A stretch of DNA of 63,842 bases, counting the filler, from Lama guanicoe (lineage: Eukaryota), in assembly GCA_013239625.1 (NCBI GenBank). It is 203 parts of 203 records of this genome, joined end to end, with 100 filler letters (N's around TTAATTAATTAA, not from the genome) between each part and the next. Parts side by side here need not be neighbours in the genome. Positions count along the whole stretch, not along the records: positions 1 to 215 come from PNXV01038072.1; positions 316 to 530 come from PNXV01038073.1; positions 631 to 845 come from PNXV01038074.1; positions 946 to 1,160 come from PNXV01038075.1; positions 1,261 to 1,475 come from PNXV01038076.1; positions 1,576 to 1,790 come from PNXV01038077.1; positions 1,891 to 2,105 come from PNXV01038078.1; positions 2,206 to 2,420 come from PNXV01038079.1; 195 more parts are not named here. One strand, written 5' to 3'. Positions 1-11,868 of the stretch are shown in pieces. The notes under the pieces were generated by a model. It worked only from the letters and a program-made list of their open reading frames with translations. It was not told where the DNA came from and did not search any database. The translations under genes and the position numbers were made by a program. Numbering within the stretch: the stretch's first letter is position 1; each line of letters opens with the position of its first letter.

Positions 1-1265
1 CCTCCAAAGGTCTCTTTCTGTACTCTGATTATGAGATTTAAAATGATACAGAGTCATTAATAATTGATCATGATAATTGACTGATCCCCTCCTGCCCGCC
101 ACTATAGGAGTGGGCACAGAAGTGCCCCGGAGAGAGTCAGCTTTAAAACACTTGCCAGGTCCTGTCCACTCAAGACCAGCTCCGAGGAGTGTCGGCCACT
201 GAGGAGGAGCTGGTGNNNNNNNNNNNNNNNNNNNNNNNNNNNNNNNNNNNNNNNNNNNNTTAATTAATTAANNNNNNNNNNNNNNNNNNNNNNNNNNNNN
301 NNNNNNNNNNNNNNNGTGAAGTTAAGTAGTGCTGGTTGAAGAGTGGGATGCTTGCAGTGAAGATGTAATTATGGGTATAGACATCTCTACTGTAGTCTTC
401 TAGTAAATGGTTGAAGCAGAATAGAGGGCAAGATCTATGGAGCAGGCAAGGTCAAGGTATTGAAATGGCATTTCCAAATGTGACAGCCAAAACAAAGAGG
501 AGCTATATAATTTCTGTCTCTAATTTTTTTNNNNNNNNNNNNNNNNNNNNNNNNNNNNNNNNNNNNNNNNNNNNTTAATTAATTAANNNNNNNNNNNNNN
601 NNNNNNNNNNNNNNNNNNNNNNNNNNNNNNACCTTTTGAGCATAAACTCAGGTGTGGCCCCAGGATTACACCACAAATAGCAAAGACACAACTATCACTT
701 ACAAAATTCCAAGGAACTTTCTGTCCAGGGGTTTGGGAAAAATGGCCAGATAAATTATTTATTATGCAACATCTATTGGTTGTATTAGGTAATCAAATAT
801 GATGCCTGCAATTATGTGTTTTTTTACCTTTATTAAGCAAAAGTANNNNNNNNNNNNNNNNNNNNNNNNNNNNNNNNNNNNNNNNNNNNTTAATTAATTA
901 ANNNNNNNNNNNNNNNNNNNNNNNNNNNNNNNNNNNNNNNNNNNNTGGGGAGGTAAAAGCACCAACTCGGCTTACAGTGAGAAGGCAGAAAATTTAAAAC
1001 GGCACAAGGAAACAGACTAAGAAGCCAGAGTAAGTGTTTCTCCTGCAAATGATCCCTTTGTGCTAGATAAACGGAATTCTCTCCACATGCTCAGTTCTGA
1101 GATGTAATTATGTGTGAAAGCCGTCCTTGATCTAGCATACTGGCAACACAAAGGTTATTTNNNNNNNNNNNNNNNNNNNNNNNNNNNNNNNNNNNNNNNN
1201 NNNNTTAATTAATTAANNNNNNNNNNNNNNNNNNNNNNNNNNNNNNNNNNNNNNNNNNNNAATGC

Positions 1266-1312
1266 TGTGTGTGTGTGCGCGTCCGTGTGTGTGTGTGTGT
1301 GTGTGTGTGCGC
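1266..1312 (+). repeat. Interrupted (TG)n/(CG)n microsatellite
   Basis: tgtgtgtgtgtgcgcgtccgtgtgtg...gtgcgc read directly. Confidence 0.95.
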
Positions 1313-1575
1313 GTGTACGTGCCCACGCGTGTGCACACCGCGGTATCTGAGTCCAAACCCTGCTCTCTCCTCCTGGTTTTGCTGAAAGTGATGTATGTGA
1401 GTGTGAGCAAGTAAGTTGTATATACGTGATTGTCTGTTACTGTCATTCCTTTAAACTGAAGTGGAAATCTGGGAANNNNNNNNNNNNNNNNNNNNNNNNN
1501 NNNNNNNNNNNNNNNNNNNTTAATTAATTAANNNNNNNNNNNNNNNNNNNNNNNNNNNNNNNNNNNNNNNNNNNN

Positions 1576-1596
1576 ACACACACACACACACACACA
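1576..1596 (+). repeat. (AC)n microsatellite at contig start; the same contig ends in (AG)n at about 1779-1790
   Basis: Direct reading. Confidence 0.95.
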
Positions 1597-2205
1597 GAAC
1601 AAAGCCTGGTACATAGTAAATACCCAAAAACAATGATTATTATTGTTTCTATAATTAGTCTATTCTTATATTATATTATATCTATAATTAATCTATTTCT
1701 ATATTACTCTATTCTTATCATTACTGTATTATTTCCTTATAATTTCAATATGCACTTAAGCAATTATATTCAAAGTAAAGAGAGAGAGAGNNNNNNNNNN
1801 NNNNNNNNNNNNNNNNNNNNNNNNNNNNNNNNNNTTAATTAATTAANNNNNNNNNNNNNNNNNNNNNNNNNNNNNNNNNNNNNNNNNNNNGAACAGAGCA
1901 CTGAGTAACTAAGTTCCTGGAACTCGGCACGCATGTTCTTATGCACATTCTTCTCTGAACCTCCTGCCCTCCCCCACCTTCAGCGTCTGACTTGAAAGTA
2001 TTTCAAATTCATTACCTATAACTTCAAGCTGAAATAATGTCTCTGTCCAGACATATACAGGAAAAATCAGCTCATAGACTTATTTGTATTGATTTGTATT
2101 TGTTTNNNNNNNNNNNNNNNNNNNNNNNNNNNNNNNNNNNNNNNNNNNNTTAATTAATTAANNNNNNNNNNNNNNNNNNNNNNNNNNNNNNNNNNNNNNN
2201 NNNNN

Positions 2206-2735
2206 TGTAATATTCCTATTTGTGAATCTAGTTTTCTCTTCTGGTTTAAAATTTTGAGTGTAAATCTTTTTAGATGAAACAGTAACAATTGTGGTAATGC
2301 AGTTTGATGATTCCACATACTAAATTAACTTGGAAATACTGATACATGATGTAAGTCCTCTTAGAAATTCAGTCTGTTTCATTCAAAGAAGTTTAAATGC
2401 AGAATGTTTTATTTTGTTCTNNNNNNNNNNNNNNNNNNNNNNNNNNNNNNNNNNNNNNNNNNNNTTAATTAATTAANNNNNNNNNNNNNNNNNNNNNNNN
2501 NNNNNNNNNNNNNNNNNNNNTGTAATATTCCTATTTGTGAATCTAGTTTTCTCTTCTGGTTTAAAATTTCGAGTGTAAATCTTTTTAGATGAAACAGTAA
2601 CGATTGTGGTAATACAGTTTGATGATTCCACATACTAAATTAACTTGGAAATATTGATACATGATGTAAGTCCTCTTAGAAATTCGGTCTGTTTCATTCA
2701 AAGAAGTTTAAATGCAGAATGTTTTATTTTGTTCT
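2206..2735 (+). repeat. Near-identical contig pair 2206-2420 / 2521-2735 (assembly bubble)
   Basis: 5 substitutions, all transitions; first at contig base 50, last at base 166. Confidence 0.97.
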
Positions 2736-2835
2736 NNNNNNNNNNNNNNNNNNNNNNNNNNNNNNNNNNNNNNNNNNNNTTAATTAATTAANNNNNNNNN
2801 NNNNNNNNNNNNNNNNNNNNNNNNNNNNNNNNNNN

Positions 2836-3050
2836 AGTGATTCAATATTTTTATAGATTATACTCCATTTAAAGCTATTACAAATAATGGCTATATCTCC
2901 CTGTGCTATTCAATATATTCTTGTAGCTCATCTATTTTATATGTGATAGTTTGTGTCTCTTAATCCCATACCCCTATCTCATACCATGCCTCTTCCCTCT
3001 ACCCACTGGTAACCACTAGCTTGTTCTCTGTATCTGTGAGTCTGTTTCTG
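2836..3050 (-). mobile_element. LINE-1 3' UTR fragment
   Basis: Typical antisense L1 3' UTR text: ggctatatctccctgtgct...cccactggtaaccactagcttgttctctgtatctgtgagtctgtttctg. Confidence 0.85.
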
Positions 3051-3465
3051 NNNNNNNNNNNNNNNNNNNNNNNNNNNNNNNNNNNNNNNNNNNNTTAATT
3101 AATTAANNNNNNNNNNNNNNNNNNNNNNNNNNNNNNNNNNNNNNNNNNNNCTTTATATACTCAATTAGGAGCCTGAATATACTGGCTTTTCACATACTCG
3201 TGCATGTGTTTGAATGTGTCTGTCTGTGTGTGTCTGTTCAGTGAGGTGATGAACTTGGGGATCACAGAGAATCGGTTCCGTGTCTCTTTACAGTTATTGA
3301 CCTTGGACAAGCCCTTAGGCTCTCAGAGGTTCTTTATTTCTATAATGAGAACAATGCTGGTCCCTNNNNNNNNNNNNNNNNNNNNNNNNNNNNNNNNNNN
3401 NNNNNNNNNTTAATTAATTAANNNNNNNNNNNNNNNNNNNNNNNNNNNNNNNNNNNNNNNNNNNN

Positions 3466-3680
3466 TCAATCAATCAATACAGGGTTGGGGAGGGGGAGAG
3501 AATACAAATGAAATATGCATCTATCTAAAAACAAAGTGAACAATAACAACAAAGAAAACACATGTAGGAACACACACAAAATGACAACAAATTAGAGGAA
3601 TTTTACCTGAAATTGTTTGTTAGGTTAACTTTAGTTAACAAATTAAGCCATTTTGGGAACTAAAACTTTTTCTTGGTTGA
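3466..3680 (+). repeat. Contig whose near-identical reverse complement is at 49769-49983
   Basis: 7 substitutions, first at base 50 and last at base 166. Confidence 0.95.
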
Positions 3681-3781
3681 NNNNNNNNNNNNNNNNNNNN
3701 NNNNNNNNNNNNNNNNNNNNNNNNTTAATTAATTAANNNNNNNNNNNNNNNNNNNNNNNNNNNNNNNNNNNNNNNNNNNNT

Positions 3782-3994
3782 CAAGCGAATCAGATAGCGA
3801 AAACAACTGAAAATCCACCACTGTTGCTGGTATTTCTACTTACAACTTTAGTATGCTCCATTACCTTGACGGCTTTTCCTGGTGCACAGGCTAATGTGTT
3901 TTTGTCTTGGGCTCAAGCTTATGCTGACTTTCATAATTCATCTGATTGTTGGGTATGTAGTGCTATGCCTTTATCTGTTGGTAGTTTACCCTGG
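3782..3994 (+). mobile_element. env: Endogenous retrovirus env fragment (signal peptide plus SU N-terminus, gamma-type/ERV1-like)
   Basis: Frame open across the whole contig: QANQIAKTTENPPLLLVFLLTTLVCSITLTAFPGAQANVFLSWAQAYADFHNSSDCWVCSAMPLSVGSLPW. Hydrophobic signal followed by N-x-F-L-x-W-A, an NSS sequon, CWVC (CxxC) and LPW. Confidence 0.8.
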
Positions 3995-4869
3995 TNNNNN
4001 NNNNNNNNNNNNNNNNNNNNNNNNNNNNNNNNNNNNNNNTTAATTAATTAANNNNNNNNNNNNNNNNNNNNNNNNNNNNNNNNNNNNNNNNNNNNTTCAT
4101 TCTTTGTAAATCAAGCCTGAGTTAACAGTACCAACAAAAAGTCACACAAGAGTTCTCACCCCTTTTTTTCTATCCCCCAAACAGATGACCGTAATAAAAT
4201 CATATTAGTAATAGAGTCCCATGAAATCAGTACTCTGGGAGAATAGGAGAAGAAATAATGCGGTAGGATTTTATACCAAATGGAATACATGATATTTTTA
4301 CTCATGCTATNNNNNNNNNNNNNNNNNNNNNNNNNNNNNNNNNNNNNNNNNNNNTTAATTAATTAANNNNNNNNNNNNNNNNNNNNNNNNNNNNNNNNNN
4401 NNNNNNNNNNAATAACATCTCACTATTTCCTTCATTAATCAATTAGCTAAATAAAATCTTTGCCATGTGTTCATTTTATATTTGTATGAGAGTCATGATT
4501 TTACTTCTTAAAAAAGTATTTTCCTCCCTGGATATTAGAATAATGACCATCTTAGAGAGATGTGCTAAAAGACTCATGAAAATCTAGATATTCTTATTGT
4601 TAGTTCTTCATGGGTGTTCTTTTTGNNNNNNNNNNNNNNNNNNNNNNNNNNNNNNNNNNNNNNNNNNNNTTAATTAATTAANNNNNNNNNNNNNNNNNNN
4701 NNNNNNNNNNNNNNNNNNNNNNNNNACCTGCAAGGGAGCAGCAGTTGGATACAGGGGTCTGGAGCTCCGGGAAGCGGTCTGAATAGGGTCCCTCATGGGT
4801 GTTGTCATCACTTTAGGATCACAACTCAGATACCTGAGGAGAGGGAGGGGAGACACATAGTGTAAATGA

Positions 4870-4940
4870 ATGCTGCTATTTACAACAGCCAAGACATGGA
4901 AACAACCCAAATGTCCAAAATGTCCATCAACAGATGACTA
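4870..4940 (+). mobile_element. 5'-truncated LINE-1 (end of ORF2) joined to unrelated, possibly L2-like sequence
   Basis: gctatttacaacagccaagacatggaaacaacccaaatgtcc...atcaacagatgac; same motif at 28349-28420. Confidence 0.8.
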
Positions 4941-5670
4941 NNNNNNNNNNNNNNNNNNNNNNNNNNNNNNNNNNNNNNNNNNNNTTAATTAATTAANNNN
5001 NNNNNNNNNNNNNNNNNNNNNNNNNNNNNNNNNNNNNNNNAGTTTGACACAGTCAGTCTCTCTTTCTCGGTTGAAATGCTTCCGTGATACAGATTCCAGT
5101 TCAATACATTCTACCATTTTTATAATTGTTTTTGTGGTCGTTTTCTGTATTTTTATGAACTCATTGACCCTTCATTCTGTGACTCCACTGATGGTTTCTA
5201 CTTTCATTCCAAACTCATTAGCGTTAGTTTGACTCAGGAATCCAGTCTTGATCCANNNNNNNNNNNNNNNNNNNNNNNNNNNNNNNNNNNNNNNNNNNNT
5301 TAATTAATTAANNNNNNNNNNNNNNNNNNNNNNNNNNNNNNNNNNNNNNNNNNNNAATTTAACTCCCTCTTTGTGTTTCTATTTTTTGAAAGAGATAAAA
5401 AAAATCTTTTCAATTCCTACTCCTTGATTCAATGAATATTTATTGAGCATATGCATAGTACAAATAGTGCTATAGAAGACGGGTTATTTAATGTCTCTTT
5501 AGAAAAAGAAAATAAAATAATTCATTTCAAAAAGTGTTATTTTCACATGCCCTCCTGCAGATCATTAAATNNNNNNNNNNNNNNNNNNNNNNNNNNNNNN
5601 NNNNNNNNNNNNNNTTAATTAATTAANNNNNNNNNNNNNNNNNNNNNNNNNNNNNNNNNNNNNNNNNNNN

Positions 5671-6200
5671 AAACCCTAGTCCCCAAAGGTGATGGTTTTA
5701 GGAGGTTCTTTGGGAGGTGATTGGTTCACGAGGGTGGAGCTCTTATTAATGGGATGAACGCTCTTACAAAAGGGACTCCACAGAGCTCCCTAGACCCTTC
5801 CATCATGCAAGGATGCAGGCTATCAACCAGGCAGCGGGCCCTCACCACAATGGTGCTTTGGTCTTGGACTTCCCAGTCTCCAGAANNNNNNNNNNNNNNN
5901 NNNNNNNNNNNNNNNNNNNNNNNNNNNNNTTAATTAATTAANNNNNNNNNNNNNNNNNNNNNNNNNNNNNNNNNNNNNNNNNNNNAAACCCTAGTCCCCA
6001 AAGGTGATGGTTTTAGGAGGTTCTTTGGGAGGTGCTTGGTTCACGAGGGTGGAGCTCTTATTAATGGGATGAACGCTTTTACAAAAGGGACTCCACAGAG
6101 CTCCCTAGCCCCTTCCATCATGCAAGGATGCAGGCTATCAACCAGGCAGCAGGCCCTCACCACAATGGTGCTTTGGTCTTGGACTTCCCAGTCTCCAGAA
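5671..6200 (+). mobile_element. MaLR LTR (MLT1A/MST-like) fragment present as a near-identical pair 5671-5885 / 5986-6200
   Basis: MaLR text ggtgatggt..ggaggt..gagggtggagc..aatgggat..tcttggacttcccagtctccagaa; 4 substitutions, from base 50 to base 166. Confidence 0.88.
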
Positions 6201-7560
6201 NNNNNNNNNNNNNNNNNNNNNNNNNNNNNNNNNNNNNNNNNNNNTTAATTAATTAANNNNNNNNNNNNNNNNNNNNNNNNNNNNNNNNNNNNNNNNNNNN
6301 GAAGTTAATTTGTTGAGAAGAGACATCCCTTGCAAAACTCTTGAGGAAGCAAGTAGTCAGTGCTTCACTCTGCCGTGGGCCCTGACTGTTCTAATTCACC
6401 CCCACACAACCCTCCTCCAACGGAACATCCCCAAAGATGTTTCGGAAACTTTTGTGTTGAGTTTCTGGCTTTAGCACTTCATCAAGGAGGTCTTCTTTAA
6501 GTCTTCTGGAAAGCANNNNNNNNNNNNNNNNNNNNNNNNNNNNNNNNNNNNNNNNNNNNTTAATTAATTAANNNNNNNNNNNNNNNNNNNNNNNNNNNNN
6601 NNNNNNNNNNNNNNNGAAGGAGGGGGACACTTTCTGGGGGTGTTTGGGCAGTTTCTGGGTAAAATGGCTGCAAATGATTTAATACATAAGGAAAATCCAG
6701 GCCTGAAAGTTGACAGTCTCTGAGGAGGGCAAATCTCAAACTGCCCCAGACCGCACACCTGCTTTGACCCAGGAGCTGAGTACTGAACAGAGGAGGGCCC
6801 GTTCAGGACCTTGCTGAACCAGGGCCCCGGNNNNNNNNNNNNNNNNNNNNNNNNNNNNNNNNNNNNNNNNNNNNTTAATTAATTAANNNNNNNNNNNNNN
6901 NNNNNNNNNNNNNNNNNNNNNNNNNNNNNNGTAATTCAGTGTGATAGCTTGTGCCAATATGCTGAAATCTGGGGTGCTAGGGAGTAACTGGAAAGAACAC
7001 ACAAGGGATTAGTAATGTACAAATTCTACCTTCCTGTGACCTCTCTGATACAACCAATACCTCTGTCCTGGGCTGGGGGTCCCCATAAGAGGTCTAATTC
7101 CATCAGCACCAGTACTTGTGTACAGAGGAGAGCATCATATTTGAANNNNNNNNNNNNNNNNNNNNNNNNNNNNNNNNNNNNNNNNNNNNTTAATTAATTA
7201 ANNNNNNNNNNNNNNNNNNNNNNNNNNNNNNNNNNNNNNNNNNNNACAAGTGTTTGCTGGGCCCTGCGGAGACAATGGGACCCAGAGAGGGATTTTAACA
7301 GACTTCCCGTCCACCGCCACCGGCTCACCCCGCAGCGCTCTGAGGCGTCGCCCCCTTCCTACTTCCCCACGCAGTTTCGGGGGAAGGTCAGAGGTCCTTC
7401 CTGAGCCTTCTGGGTGATTGTTTTCAGCTCCAAATAATCTGCATGCCAAAGAGGTGTCTTNNNNNNNNNNNNNNNNNNNNNNNNNNNNNNNNNNNNNNNN
7501 NNNNTTAATTAATTAANNNNNNNNNNNNNNNNNNNNNNNNNNNNNNNNNNNNNNNNNNNN

Positions 7561-7775
7561 TAATGATTCCATCTTTGTAAATGTTGTGAAATGATCACCG
7601 TAGGAAGAACGGTCAACATCAGTTACCATACATAAAATGTTTTTTTATGTGAGGAGAATTTTAAGATTCACTCTCTTAGCAAGTTTCAAAGATGTGATGC
7701 AGTATTAAATATAACCACCATGCTGGACATTGTACTCTCATGACTTATTTATTTTATAACTAGAAATTTTTACCT
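7561..7775 (-). mobile_element. Old LINE-1 (L1MA-like) 3' end
   Basis: tttaagattcactctcttagcaagtttcaa...gtattaa...accatgctg.acatt...acttatt. Confidence 0.75.
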
Positions 7776-7875
7776 NNNNNNNNNNNNNNNNNNNNNNNNN
7801 NNNNNNNNNNNNNNNNNNNTTAATTAATTAANNNNNNNNNNNNNNNNNNNNNNNNNNNNNNNNNNNNNNNNNNNN

Positions 7876-8089
7876 TATTCTATATTCTATATTCTGTGTT
7901 CTAAATTCTATATTCTAAAACTATATACAGTATTCTCAATTCTATACTCTAAATTCTGTGTTCTGCATTCCATGTTTAAAATTCTGAGTTTTATTTTCTC
8001 TATTGTATATTCTATTTTCTGAGTTTTCAAACTTTATTTGAAATTATATATTCATTATTCTGTATTCTATATTCTAAATTCTGTGTTCT
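7876..8089 (+). repeat. Degenerate tandem repeat of TATTC/TATATTC/TAAATTC/TGTGTTC units
   Basis: Roughly 5-7 bp periodicity over the whole 214-bp contig. Confidence 0.85.
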
Positions 8090-9819
8090 NNNNNNNNNNN
8101 NNNNNNNNNNNNNNNNNNNNNNNNNNNNNNNNNTTAATTAATTAANNNNNNNNNNNNNNNNNNNNNNNNNNNNNNNNNNNNNNNNNNNNACTTTCTTTGT
8201 GGAATTCGTAGTATTATTGAGAAAATTAACTTAAATAACTGGAAATTTTGCAGAACACTTGTGATAACTGTCACAAGAAAGAATGAGGCGCACTCTACGG
8301 ATCACAAAAGCTTAAAGGTCATGCAAATCTCAGGGATGATTTGGTGACCTTTTTGGTTTTGGCAGATGGAAAAATAAAAATAATGATTAAAAACTCAATA
8401 AATANNNNNNNNNNNNNNNNNNNNNNNNNNNNNNNNNNNNNNNNNNNNTTAATTAATTAANNNNNNNNNNNNNNNNNNNNNNNNNNNNNNNNNNNNNNNN
8501 NNNNGATGACTAGAGGGTGTTTAGAGAAAGAAGGAAAACTCTGAGGAAAACTGCAAGTCATTCTGCACACATATATCCCCCAAAACAGTAAACACTGAAC
8601 ATGGCTTCCTCCACCTCCAGAGAGCAAATGTAGATTTTCTTATATACCAACATCTTAGAGGCACTCAAACCATTAATTATACTGGATTTATTTTGTACAA
8701 AAATTGCAAATGAATAAAANNNNNNNNNNNNNNNNNNNNNNNNNNNNNNNNNNNNNNNNNNNNTTAATTAATTAANNNNNNNNNNNNNNNNNNNNNNNNN
8801 NNNNNNNNNNNNNNNNNNNTTCTTAGACGACCTAGCTCTCCTGGACTGACTGTGTGGTACTGGAAGTCACCTTGGTACTGACAACTGAGCAGCAATTAAT
8901 TTCTACAGAAAAGCTGATTTTCCTCCTATTGAACTACAGACAGACTGACTAAATTGAGCTAATAAATGGTTGATTGTAATGAAGTATAAGGAACCAACCT
9001 TACTTTGAACTTTCCCAATTACAAAAAAAAAAAANNNNNNNNNNNNNNNNNNNNNNNNNNNNNNNNNNNNNNNNNNNNTTAATTAATTAANNNNNNNNNN
9101 NNNNNNNNNNNNNNNNNNNNNNNNNNNNNNNNNNGTGGCTCAGAAGTTACCTCTCTGAGGACTCCTGTAGGTCTCAGCTCCTCCGGGAAGCCCTGACCTC
9201 ATATAAAGACATTTTTGGTTTCTAATCATACAATACCCTGTTCTCAAAGTCTGGTGTCCCCCCCACCCATGACACAGGAAAAAAAAAAACTAGAAAGCAT
9301 AGCACTCCATGGAGATTTATTAAAACATAAATCCTTAAGTGCCACCTCCNNNNNNNNNNNNNNNNNNNNNNNNNNNNNNNNNNNNNNNNNNNNTTAATTA
9401 ATTAANNNNNNNNNNNNNNNNNNNNNNNNNNNNNNNNNNNNNNNNNNNNCCTGTAACATATAATACTGTACATCAACTATACTTCAATTTTAAAAATAGG
9501 CTATTGTAAAATAAATACATAAATAAATTTTAAAGGAAGATTAGTAATGAAAGTAGTATAAAAAGAAAACACCTAAATTACAGGAGAATTGTTAAGAAAA
9601 TTATGGTCTGCGTGCACAATGAAAATATTATGTTGTCATTAAAAATTATATTTGTGAAAAAAAANNNNNNNNNNNNNNNNNNNNNNNNNNNNNNNNNNNN
9701 NNNNNNNNTTAATTAATTAANNNNNNNNNNNNNNNNNNNNNNNNNNNNNNNNNNNNNNNNNNNNGCTTATCAGTGAGAGGCCCCATGATAGATGGTCAAG
9801 GAAAAAAACCTAGACATCA

Positions 9820-9918
9820 ATAGATAAATGGGTAGGTAGTTATTAGAAATGATGATAGATAGATAAATGAAAGACAGATAGATAGACAGGTAGATAGACA
9901 GACAGGTAGATAGTAGAC
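9820..9918 (+). repeat. Degenerate (TAGA)n/(CAGA)n tetranucleotide microsatellite
   Basis: gatagatagataaatg...agacagatagatagacaggtagatagacagacaggtagatag. Confidence 0.9.
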
Positions 9919-11655
9919 TAGCCATTTAAACCAGTATTTCAAAGTATATAAGCAATAAAGATTTGTTTTATAACCCTTANNNNNNNNNNNNNNNNNNNNN
10001 NNNNNNNNNNNNNNNNNNNNNNNTTAATTAATTAANNNNNNNNNNNNNNNNNNNNNNNNNNNNNNNNNNNNNNNNNNNNCTGTGGGTTTGCTTCTAGGCT
10101 GATATCATAATAAAAACATAATGGATTATATCATCTTATAACTCAACATCGGTTTTTCCTCTAAAACAAAGCAACTATTTATCAATAACCAACTAAAATA
10201 TAGAGATGATGTTTTATTTCTTAAAATAAGCAAATAATATCATTACTTTTGTATTTATCTAAAGAATATTTTGGCAAATTTAATTTTCCAAAGTNNNNNN
10301 NNNNNNNNNNNNNNNNNNNNNNNNNNNNNNNNNNNNNNTTAATTAATTAANNNNNNNNNNNNNNNNNNNNNNNNNNNNNNNNNNNNNNNNNNNNGTGGTG
10401 TCCGTCTGGCACGTGAGTCCCTGGCAAGGGACACGTCATATATACAATAAACTGATTATTTCTTGGGACCGTCTTTCTAGTATTCCCCTTAAGTGAGGGA
10501 ACCGAGGTTACAAGCCACGTGCAGCCTGTCACACAGAGTGAGCGGAAAGACTGACGCCATCCAGGTCTTTGAGCTTTCTTCCACCCTCTGCCCTTTGAAG
10601 GCCAGTTTANNNNNNNNNNNNNNNNNNNNNNNNNNNNNNNNNNNNNNNNNNNNTTAATTAATTAANNNNNNNNNNNNNNNNNNNNNNNNNNNNNNNNNNN
10701 NNNNNNNNNCGGTTTGCACCCTACGAAGTCAGATGGTCTCTGGATTTTTGTGGTTCATGGCTGCTCTCCTCTCCTTCCCTGGCTGCTCTCCTGGGAGAAA
10801 CGTCACACAATTCTTTCCATTTCAAGTGGGTGGAAGCCAATGTTCTCTGAGATTTTCCCAGGGGCCCATTAGGCGGCTGGGTGGGGGTGTGACAAAGTGC
10901 AGGCTGGTAATCAATCCACCGGAANNNNNNNNNNNNNNNNNNNNNNNNNNNNNNNNNNNNNNNNNNNNTTAATTAATTAANNNNNNNNNNNNNNNNNNNN
11001 NNNNNNNNNNNNNNNNNNNNNNNNTTGCACCCTCTGCCCGAATGTTTACTCCGGGTGTCAGTTTTCCGTCCGGCGTCTGGATGCCGTGTCTGCTGTGCCT
11101 GAGCTTCAGCAAGAACGAAGCAAGTGTTTGTGTTCTTTGACCACCGTTCAACAGGGAAAAGCAATGTTTAAATCTACTACCACCTACAAGTCACCCATTT
11201 GGAGCCTGACTCAGAGAATCGTCAAATATGAGGGTGAGANNNNNNNNNNNNNNNNNNNNNNNNNNNNNNNNNNNNNNNNNNNNTTAATTAATTAANNNNN
11301 NNNNNNNNNNNNNNNNNNNNNNNNNNNNNNNNNNNNNNNTGAGTTCTGTAGGACAGGTTCTTTGTGTTCAGCATGTACCTACTACCATATGCTGTGTGGT
11401 AGCTCAGTTCTCCCACTCTTTTCCTCTGTGTGGACCATCACTTTCATTTGTTTAGCACACATAGTGATGTTATTTGGTCCTCATCTAGCTTGAATGCATC
11501 ATTTCTCTATTAAGTCAGCCTCTGTTCTCCACAAGCCTTCTGCAACTAAAGCAGNNNNNNNNNNNNNNNNNNNNNNNNNNNNNNNNNNNNNNNNNNNNTT
11601 AATTAATTAANNNNNNNNNNNNNNNNNNNNNNNNNNNNNNNNNNNNNNNNNNNNG

Positions 11656-11868
11656 TACTTCTTCCTCAGCCACTTGGCCTTCTCTGACATCTCCCTCTCA
11701 TCTCTCACTGTCCCAAAAATGTTGGTGAACATGCAGACTCAGCAACGAACCATCCCCTATGTGGGGTGCATTTCCCAGATGTATTTTTTCACACTGTTTG
11801 GTTGTCTTGACAATTTCCTTCTTGCAGTGATGGCCTATGACAGGTATGTGGCCGTCTGTCAGCCACTT
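11656..11868 (+). CDS. Olfactory receptor fragment, TM2-TM3, family 1 (OR1J-like); partial at both ends
   Basis: [71 protein letters not shown]: (PM)YFFLS and [13 protein letters not shown] motifs, no stops. Confidence 0.96.

Noticed and set aside
4183..4262. Possible exon after a pyrimidine tract (DRNKIILVIESHEISTLGE*)
   Set aside because: Stops in all frames and no recognised homology.
5671..6200. Tandem duplication or paired LTRs
   Set aside because: Exact 49-bp shared flanks indicate an assembly bubble; adjacency reflects contig ordering.
8820..9033. Processed-pseudogene tail (AATAAA plus poly-A)
   Set aside because: AATAAA lies about 55 bp from the A-run, there is no recognisable parent gene, and contigs often break at A-runs.
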